A stretch of DNA of 36,262 nucleotides. Origin: Poseidonia sp. Its GTDB lineage: Archaea > Thermoplasmatota > Poseidoniia > Poseidoniales > Poseidoniaceae. The DNA is taken from assembly GCA_038136695.1 (NCBI GenBank), contig JAYQAK010000005.1, positions 1 to 36,262 of the forward strand, given 5' to 3'. This document shows, in pieces, positions 29,347-36,262 of the stretch; the stretch's first letter is position 1, and each line of letters starts with the position of its first letter. The translations under genes were made by a program, and so were the position numbers. The notes under the pieces were generated by a model. It did no database searches. It was not told where the DNA came from and saw only the letters and a list, made by a program, of their open reading frames with translations.

Positions 29347-31415
29347 TATACTGGGGCTCAATCCAAGCAACGGTTGAGATGTTGAAACGCCGTTCGTTCC
29401 TGACCGTTTTGGTCTTGTTCGCACTCGTTTCTCATCCGATGATCGCCACCCATGCCTCAGCCGGACTGACGGGCGAAGACGGTGGGGGTGACCTTTACTT
29501 GTCGTGCAGAGCAGACAACGACTGTGTGTTAACGCCCACGCCCATCGGTGAAGAAACGGTCTCCGGCCAATCTTCGGCCAATCTTTTCCAGCAGGAGACG
29601 GTCACGTTCGAATTCAACGCCGACCCCGCTCAAGAACACGTGGCCTTGCTTCCTGAGCAATTACGTCATCTCGAGGTGGATTTTCGTCACCAAACGGAAA
29701 CAGGAAGTTTGTTCCGACCAGAACTCCAAGTTCGCCTTATCGTGGGACAAAACGTCAACACATGGACGTTTGAAGCCTCTACGCTTCCATCGGCGACGCC
29801 CACGCCCTATGTGCTGGAAGACGAATCCTTGTCCTTGTCAGCGGGTCGGGTGCTTTGGGACGGTGAACCCGTCCGACTGATCATATCGGCCACGCTCGAT
29901 CGGCCCGGCACGTGGACGTTGTACATGCGAGGGGCATCGTGGATGGAACTTGACATCCCTTGGTCAATGGACGCTGCAGCGGTTGATATCGATGAGCCCT
30001 CCTCAACGACACAACCCCGTGAAACAGCGTTTGAAGACGTTCATCGAGGGGCTCTTGTTGGCGCAGACCATGACTGTTGGTCGTTTGAAGTCGAGACCCA
30101 CGAAGTCTTGCGCCTCATGGTGGAATGGGAAAACGTTCCCATTGAGTTGGAACAGCCGCATCCTGTACCGGATTTGATCACCGCAGCTGGGCGAAGAGCA
30201 CCTGCTCCTGAGGTGCTGGTGGACGATGATGGAGCGTCGTTGAAGATGACCTACCGGTGGAGGGCCTTGTCGACCGGTGACTATTCGTTGTGCATGCACG
30301 GTTCACCTGAAAAATTGCAACCCTACGCATGGTCAGGTGTGTTCGGCTACGAAAGCATGGGCCCCACCGACCCCAGCGGTTTTGCTTCAGCGAGTTATTA
30401 TCCTCAGGGGGCCGCGTTGATTGGAAATCTGGATGACCCGTACGTCTTGCACGACCAAGGAATCGCCTTGTTGTTGTTGTCGGTGGTGATGTTGGGGGTG
30501 TTCCTGCTCGTTGCTTTCCGACCCACAACATCCTACAGTCTGCGCTTTGGCCTCTTTTTACCGGGCGTGTTCCTGTTGTTGTTGGCGGGTGTGATCCATC
30601 CTCTCTGGGCCATGGCCGATGAGGTTCAACACCCCGATGAAATCACCCTTGACGAACTCATCGATATGCGCCTGCAGCAACTTTGGGATGTTTCTGCCGA
30701 AGGCGTGCCGGAACAAACGTTGTACACGCACACTGGAGCCACGTGGGGAATGCTTGACGGGGAGTCGTTGAAACTCACGTTAACCATCGAAGAAGCCATT
30801 CCGCTTCAGGATGGACGTTGGCAACTTGTCGTGCCCGAACTTCAATCGCTTCGGTTGGACCAGGCCATCTTCGGCCAAGTTGCTGAGGCACAAGCCCAGC
30901 AATCCTCCACCGGGATGCTCGAAAGCCAGACCGTGAGGTTCGTGTTGTTGGCCGGTCGCTCCTTGCTGTTGGACCTTCTCATGCTGGAAGCCTTGTTGGT
31001 GGTCGATGAGGTGCCCAGCTCATCGGTGTTCCACATCGACACGACCATGGTGACCACCCAAGCTGCCGGTTCCTATGCTGCGCCTGCATGGAGCACTCGG
31101 CCAACGAGCATCTCCTCGGCAGATTGGGTGCGGATTCAAGGGTCGTTGTTTCCCGAACGCATCTCCATCAGTCTGTGCGATTGCGATTTGGACCTGCTCG
31201 ATGTTACCTTCTCGGCATCCAATGGGTTTGATGCCAGTGATGTGCCTCCACAGTGGGATGTTCGTAATGCCGCAGGACTGATTCCGTACGCATCGATGTT
31301 GATGTGGCTCGGCCTGCTGCTTGGCGTGTTGGCGACCTCCATGGAGTTCCGCCGTTCACGGGAAGCCCAACAACTCGCTCAGACCTACCGCAACGAGCGG
31401 AGGCAGTGGGAGTAG
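29343..31415 (+). CDS. Large multi-domain membrane protein of unknown function
   Basis: ATGA overlap with the upstream stop (alternative start 29379), signal peptide, beta-rich ectodomain, central TM hairpin, second soluble domain and C-terminal TM helix. Confidence 0.8.
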   Translation: MIYWGSIQATVEMLKRRSFLTVLVLFALVSHPMIATHASAGLTGEDGGGDLYLSCRADNDCVLTPTPIGEETVSGQSSANLFQQETVTFEFNADPAQEHVALLPEQLRHLEVDFRHQTETGSLFRPELQVRLIVGQNVNTWTFEASTLPSATPTPYVLEDESLSLSAGRVLWDGEPVRLIISATLDRPGTWTLYMRGASWMELDIPWSMDAAAVDIDEPSSTTQPRETAFEDVHRGALVGADHDCWSFEVETHEVLRLMVEWENVPIELEQPHPVPDLITAAGRRAPAPEVLVDDDGASLKMTYRWRALSTGDYSLCMHGSPEKLQPYAWSGVFGYESMGPTDPSGFASASYYPQGAALIGNLDDPYVLHDQGIALLLLSVVMLGVFLLVAFRPTTSYSLRFGLFLPGVFLLLLAGVIHPLWAMADEVQHPDEITLDELIDMRLQQLWDVSAEGVPEQTLYTHTGATWGMLDGESLKLTLTIEEAIPLQDGRWQLVVPELQSLRLDQAIFGQVAEAQAQQSSTGMLESQTVRFVLLAGRSLLLDLLMLEALLVVDEVPSSSVFHIDTTMVTTQAAGSYAAPAWSTRPTSISSADWVRIQGSLFPERISISLCDCDLDLLDVTFSASNGFDASDVPPQWDVRNAAGLIPYASMLMWLGLLLGVLATSMEFRRSREAQQLAQTYRNERRQWE

Positions 31416-31417
31416 GC

Positions 31418-32035
31418 TTACGACGAGCCCTGCTTCTCCAACTCGGAGTTCACAGCGTCCGTGACTTGGTCGGGCGTCATGTTGGCTGCTTTGGCGGCCT
31501 CGTCAATGGATTTCGCTTCGGAATCGGTGATTTCTCCGTCTGCTGCTGCAGATTTGATCGCCGCTTTGACGTTGATGTCAGCGGCGTCTTCATCGCTGAT
31601 ACCCAAAGCGGTTTGGAAGGATTTGAGTTCACGCAATTCCTCTTCGGTGATCACGCCGTCCTTCCAAGCAGATTCGTAAGCATGCACGAGGAAATCTCGG
31701 TACGCTTCTTGATGCATCAGGACATCGCGAATGAGGCCGGTATCAACGCCGGCGTCTCCTTCGGCCATGTCGAGCAACGCGATGGAGCGTCGAACTTCCT
31801 TGACAGCCATGTCCTTCAGGCCGTGGCCAGCCCACACAGCGCCCGCAGCAACAACGGCTGCCGAAAACCAACGCATCACGTTGGCATCAACGAGGTTGCC
31901 CGGTTCCACGAGGTGAAACACGCCGAGCACGACCATGGCCGCGCCGCACATGACTTCGACCCAATCGTTTAGGTCCGGCTCATCGTCAAACACCGAGAGG
32001 CGTTCTTCAACCAAGGATTCGACATCATCGCTCAT
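31418..32035 (-). CDS. Membrane protein with TerB-like (DGxITxxE) helical repeats
   Basis: Two TM helices, then AWKDGVITEEE and AAADGEITDSE. Start at ATG 32035. Confidence 0.7.
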   Translation of the reverse strand: MSDDVESLVEERLSVFDDEPDLNDWVEVMCGAAMVVLGVFHLVEPGNLVDANVMRWFSAAVVAAGAVWAGHGLKDMAVKEVRRSIALLDMAEGDAGVDTGLIRDVLMHQEAYRDFLVHAYESAWKDGVITEEELRELKSFQTALGISDEDAADINVKAAIKSAAADGEITDSEAKSIDEAAKAANMTPDQVTDAVNSELEKQGSS

Positions 32036-32123
32036 GCAACGACCACGCAAAGGTGGGACTTATGGATGTCGGCCGAGAGGTTCCTCCGCTGTCCTTTTGA
32101 ACCGCTGGCCAAAGTACGGCCAT

Positions 32124-34712
32124 ATGGAGCCGGCAGAACGGAACGTTTCGTCGTTGCCGTTGCCCCAAAGATTGCTCGATTTTCTCGAACACGACTGGGG
32201 AATTGAACGACTCCACCCGCCGCAGGCAGAAGCCATGCCGAGCATTCTCTCGGGGGGCAACACCTTGGTTGCGATTCCTACAGCTTCTGGCAAGTCACTT
32301 CTTGCTTACTTAGGTATGATGAAGCGCCTCAGTGAGGGCCATGAGCGCTCCAAAGCCATCTACATCGTGCCGTTGAAAGCCTTGGCGATGGAGAAATTCG
32401 AGGACCTTTCCGCCATTGGGAAGGCCATGGGGTACGATGTCGGTTTGGGTATTGGTGATGCCACGTCAGAAGCCAAGAACATCAAAGAATGCAACATTCT
32501 TGTTTGCACGTCGGAGAAACTCGATTCGCTCTTGCGCCATCAACCTGAACTTGTAGCGGACCTGTGTTGTGTGGTGGCGGACGAATTCCATCTCATGAAC
32601 GATGGAACCCGTGGGCCAACGCTGGAGATCAACTTGACCCGACTACGGCACATCAAACCCGATGCGCAGCTGATCGCCCTCTCTGCCACGGTCGGCAACG
32701 CCCCCCAACTCGCTGAATGGCTGGATGCGACCTTGGTTCAATCGGATTGGCGACCGGTGGCTCTTGAATACGCCACGTTCCATGACTTCCACGTCGAACC
32801 GAGGAAGATTCAATCGCCGGGAGATGATGCTTCTGTGGCAACGTTGGGAGCGCCTCGTCGCTTGGAGGGTCTGAAAAGTCATCCTGTGTGGAGCGTGGTG
32901 AGCGACGGCTTGGACCAGGCCAGTCAGGTGTTGATGTTCGTCGGGACCCGGCGCAGTGCACAATCTGAAGCGAAGAATCTCGCAAAGCGGGTGAAAAAGC
33001 GGCTCTCGGTCGAAGACCCTGACCGTTTGAAACGTCTTGAAGACCTTGCAAATGGACTCACTGGCCGGTCGCAATCCAACCTTGCGGAACAGTTGGCCTC
33101 GTGCTTGGCCGGTGGCGTCGGTTTCCACCATGCAGGCTTGACCCACGCACAACGAAAAGAGGTGGAGTCGGCGTTCAAGCAGGGCCTTCTCGTCGCCTTG
33201 ACGGCCACCCCCACCCTCGCAGCTGGCGTCAATCTTCCAGCGAGGCGGGTGCTCGTTCGCGACCTCAAACGATGGGACGACGGCATGAGCCGTCCGCTTC
33301 CGGTGATGGAGGTTCACCAAATGCTGGGTCGTGCCGGCCGCCCAAAATACGACACCCGGGGTGAAGCATGGGTCTACTGCAAAGGCACCGATGGGTGGGA
33401 GGTGGCTGATGCGGTGGCTGACCGCTATTTCTTCGGGCCCATCGAAGACATCACGTCAAAATTGGCTTCTGAGCCTGCGATGCGGATGCATCTGTTGGCC
33501 AGCATTGCGACCGGCGGCTTGCTTCACAAAGGCGACCTTGAACACTTCTTCATGTCCACGTTTTTGGGCGCAACCATGCCTCGTCACCAACTGAACGAAC
33601 GGTTGACCACGATGCTTGACTGGTTGGTGGAAGAGCGCTTTGTCCGTCGCTGCGGACACGACGAGCATTACACGCCAAGAGCAGGGACTGCCCTTGCGGA
33701 CAGCGAGGAGGAGGCTTGGGACGATTCCATTCCCGTTTGGGCCAGTTCGGCTTCGGTCACGGCGGGTGTGGCTTGGGCGCCCCCGTCAACACCCTCTCCT
33801 CGTCCACCATCGGCTCATGGTTTGCCAACGTTCGGTTTTTCTTCGGCGTCCAATCTCCGCCAGCACCCTCACGGCGTTGAGGCCGTGGCTGTGGACGGCC
33901 CGAGTATGCGGTACGAAGCAACGGCGATGGGTGAACGCGTGACGCAGTTGTACCTCGACCCTCTGTCCGCCTCCATCCTGCGGCGTGGTCTGCGGCGTGC
34001 CGTACGGAGAACGGTGCGAGGCGATGCACCCGTGACGGACTTTGGCTTGCTCCATCTTTCCGTTGCAACACCTGACTTCACATCGCTGTGGGCCAAAACC
34101 GCAGACATGGAAATGAATTCACCAACGTGGCTGAAAGCCAACGCAAGCGAGGACGAATTGCTCATTGAGCCTGGTTATGCTGAAGCGATGCTGAGCGATG
34201 TGAAGAGTGCTTGGATGATCGAAGAGTGGACCGAGGAAACCACTCTGCGAGAATTGGAACGCCGTCTGGATGTCTCCCCAGGTGATGTGCATCACCGCGT
34301 TGACCTCATGGGATGGTTGCTGGCAGGTGCGCAACATGTGTTGTTGACTGATGATGTGTTTGCCGAGGAACACATTCCCGTGGTTTCCAGAATCGTTCAG
34401 CAACTAAGCGTCTTGCAACAACGTGTCAGGCACGGTTGCAAGCCGGATTTGCTCAATCTCGTGAACATTCGTCATGTGGGTCGTCAGCGAGCCAGAGAGC
34501 TGGCCGCATTGGGGCTTCGCGAACCGAAGGATGTGTTGCACATGTCGTCCAAGCAACGGGAGTCGCTTCTCAACCTTCGAGGATGGGGGCCCTTGTTGTT
34601 GGAGAAAATTGACGCGGAAATTCAACGTGTGCTGCGTCGAAAGGAACGTGAACCACGTGCGGTGCGAGATGATGATTCACCGCTGGAAGGGGAACGGTCT
34701 GACGACCTTTGA
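32124..34712 (+). CDS. hel308: Ski2-like ATP-dependent DNA helicase Hel308/Hjm
   Basis: PPQ, PTASGKS, VPLKALA, DEFH, LSAT, FHHAGL, TLAAGVNLPA and QMLGRAGRP motifs plus the domain-5 GRQRAR motif. Start at ATG 32124. Confidence 0.93.
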   Translation: MEPAERNVSSLPLPQRLLDFLEHDWGIERLHPPQAEAMPSILSGGNTLVAIPTASGKSLLAYLGMMKRLSEGHERSKAIYIVPLKALAMEKFEDLSAIGKAMGYDVGLGIGDATSEAKNIKECNILVCTSEKLDSLLRHQPELVADLCCVVADEFHLMNDGTRGPTLEINLTRLRHIKPDAQLIALSATVGNAPQLAEWLDATLVQSDWRPVALEYATFHDFHVEPRKIQSPGDDASVATLGAPRRLEGLKSHPVWSVVSDGLDQASQVLMFVGTRRSAQSEAKNLAKRVKKRLSVEDPDRLKRLEDLANGLTGRSQSNLAEQLASCLAGGVGFHHAGLTHAQRKEVESAFKQGLLVALTATPTLAAGVNLPARRVLVRDLKRWDDGMSRPLPVMEVHQMLGRAGRPKYDTRGEAWVYCKGTDGWEVADAVADRYFFGPIEDITSKLASEPAMRMHLLASIATGGLLHKGDLEHFFMSTFLGATMPRHQLNERLTTMLDWLVEERFVRRCGHDEHYTPRAGTALADSEEEAWDDSIPVWASSASVTAGVAWAPPSTPSPRPPSAHGLPTFGFSSASNLRQHPHGVEAVAVDGPSMRYEATAMGERVTQLYLDPLSASILRRGLRRAVRRTVRGDAPVTDFGLLHLSVATPDFTSLWAKTADMEMNSPTWLKANASEDELLIEPGYAEAMLSDVKSAWMIEEWTEETTLRELERRLDVSPGDVHHRVDLMGWLLAGAQHVLLTDDVFAEEHIPVVSRIVQQLSVLQQRVRHGCKPDLLNLVNIRHVGRQRARELAALGLREPKDVLHMSSKQRESLLNLRGWGPLLLEKIDAEIQRVLRRKEREPRAVRDDDSPLEGERSDDL

Positions 34713-34737
34713 AAAACAGGAGGGGCGTGGCCGGTCC

Positions 34738-35304
34738 ATGGAGCACGGTAGGTTCCCTATCGTAGCGGTGCGCCTCGGCACCTCCGATGAATTGTCGCCC
34801 ATCGATGCGTTCATCCGTCAACGGCCGAGCAACCGATGGGTGATGCTCGGTCAACACAGTGTCCAGTCGCTGGATCAGGTGTGGACGGCTTGGATTCAAA
34901 CCACAAGAAACGAACTTCGGTCAGCCATGGTTGCTCGTTCGGTTGATGCAGAATTTTTGCGCTATCTTGCAGGCACACACCACATCTCTGAGGCCTTCAG
35001 CCGTGCGGGGTGGACCGATGCACAACCACACGCATGGGTTGCGTACATCCCGGTTGCAGAAGGCGTTGCCAATGACCTCGGGCACCTCCAACCAAGTGCT
35101 ACCGAGAACGATCGGTTTGAGGCTGATTTGACAGCCTTGGTCGGCGAATTGGGGTGGACGATTGAAGAGGCTTCAATGAATCTTTCTATAGAGGGTATGC
35201 GCACGCTTGGCATCGATGTTGAGGGTTGGCCAGATAAACGTCTGCACGAAGCATTGATCGCTCACATCTTGATGGCCGACGACCAGAGTTCCTCCCACCG
35301 TTAG
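34738..35304 (+). CDS. cgi121: KEOPS complex subunit Cgi121
   Basis: ARSVDAEFLRYLAGTHHISEAFSRAG matches the Cgi121 core. It follows hel308, as in haloarchaea. Start at ATG 34738. Confidence 0.8.
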   Translation: MEHGRFPIVAVRLGTSDELSPIDAFIRQRPSNRWVMLGQHSVQSLDQVWTAWIQTTRNELRSAMVARSVDAEFLRYLAGTHHISEAFSRAGWTDAQPHAWVAYIPVAEGVANDLGHLQPSATENDRFEADLTALVGELGWTIEEASMNLSIEGMRTLGIDVEGWPDKRLHEALIAHILMADDQSSSHR

Positions 35305-35375
35305 GGGGAGGGTTCAAAGGCTACCGCCGACTCCTTTTGTCCATGGTGATGGCAGCGAAGCAAGGTGAAGGCCAC

Positions 35376-36262
35376 ATGCCCTCTACGGGCCGATATTTGG
35401 ACCAAGAAAAAGTGAGCGCTGCCCTTGATGCAGCACGAGGTTTTGGAGCAACCTATGCCGAAGTTCGCGTCGTTGCACTGACCGAGTCAACCGTTGCCAT
35501 GCGCGATGGTGTTCTGGAACGAGCCATCCCGGGACAGGAATTGGGGATGACCTTGCGGGTGCTCGCCGACGGGGCATGGGGCGTGCATTCCACCACTGAT
35601 CTGGCCTCGTTGCCCGACCAAATTGAGTCCACCACGCGCCTAGCGAAAGCCGTCGCCAAGCGACGAGCGGTCGGGGAACGTCCTATCGGACTGGCGGAGG
35701 TGCCCGTCATTCAGGACGAGCAACACTGGCGTTCGGTTTTGGACGTCCGCCACACGGAACTGGACACCAAGATGGACCTCATGAACGACCTTCTGCGGGG
35801 TGCGACGGGACACGACGACATCGTCTCGGTTCGAACGGGCTGGAGCGACGAACATCTCCATACCGAATTGATGACCACCGAAGGCATGGACCGCGTGTGG
35901 TCTTTCCAGCGGTCGTTGATTCACGGTATGGTCACGGCGCGTCGATCTGGCGAGGTGGTTTCGTACCGCACCCGTCACGGCGGCCAAGGTGGATTGGAAA
36001 TCATTCAGGCCTGCGATTTGGTCGGCCTCGGTGAACAAGCCCAGCGTGCGGCGCTACGCCTCCTTGACGCTGAGCGCGCCCCATCGGGAAAACTCCCTCT
36101 CATCGCCGACCCCGACCTCACCGGCGTGTACATCCACGAGGCGTTGGGCCACCCTTGCGAGGCTGACCTCGTCGCAGCAGGTGACTCGTGCCTCGATGGA
36201 AAGTTGGGTCACCAAATCGGCAATGAACTCGTGACCGTGGTCGACGACCCGACGATGATGGG
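35376..36262 (+). CDS. tldD: TldD/PmbA family metalloprotease (TldD type), partial at the right edge and absent from the ORF track
   Basis: Own translation gives GATYAEVRV, LRVLADGAWG, APSGKLPLI, HEALGHPCEAD (His at 36135) and VTVVDDPT. SD GGTGA at 35364-35368. The frame is open to the window end. Confidence 0.9.
   Translation, partial: MPSTGRYLDQEKVSAALDAARGFGATYAEVRVVALTESTVAMRDGVLERAIPGQELGMTLRVLADGAWGVHSTTDLASLPDQIESTTRLAKAVAKRRAVGERPIGLAEVPVIQDEQHWRSVLDVRHTELDTKMDLMNDLLRGATGHDDIVSVRTGWSDEHLHTELMTTEGMDRVWSFQRSLIHGMVTARRSGEVVSYRTRHGGQGGLEIIQACDLVGLGEQAQRAALRLLDAERAPSGKLPLIADPDLTGVYIHEALGHPCEADLVAAGDSCLDGKLGHQIGNELVTVVDDPTMM

Noticed and set aside
31935-32123. N-terminal extension of Hel308 in the ORF track
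   Set aside because: It overlaps the divergent TerB-like gene; Hel308 similarity begins after the ATG at 32124.
34474-34737. N-terminal extension of Cgi121 in the ORF track
   Set aside because: It overlaps the hel308 3' end in another frame; the ATG at 34738 has a purine-rich upstream site and gives a typical length.
35305-35340. Possible intrinsic terminator (GGAG...CTCCTTTT) after cgi121
   Set aside because: The stem is only 4-6 bp with a long, poorly paired interior and a short T run; not convincing.

Overview
Gene-dense, roughly 55-60% GC (by eye) chromosomal window with about 29 CDSs, two of them cut by the window edges. I found no rRNA, tRNA, CRISPR array or mobile element. It mixes archaeal informational genes (Dph2, archaeal-type Hpt, Hel308 next to Cgi121, GGAGGTGA/GGTGA Shine-Dalgarno sites) with bacterial-type genes (gyrBA, class II CCA-adding enzyme, M61 peptidase) and acidic PKD-repeat surface proteins. 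This mix best fits a Thermoplasmatota archaeon, probably Marine Group II (Poseidoniales); that assignment is inference. The region is mostly housekeeping and proteolysis genes, and I see no clear self-contained novel multi-gene system. The best leads are unusual protein architectures: (1) a membrane-anchored Smr-like domain with DxH and GxG motifs ahead of HEAT-repeat and M61 genes; (2) a Hel308 with a ~85-aa insertion carrying a RadA/Rad51-type FxxA motif; (3) a thymidylate kinase fused to a probable winged-helix domain; (4) a GcvH paralog with Asp at the lipoyl-Lys position; (5) a minimal SerK-like kinase; (6) a structured leader upstream of a LeuA-family gene. All family calls come from motif recognition by eye, without database searches. 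Many starts were moved downstream of the ORF-track starts.
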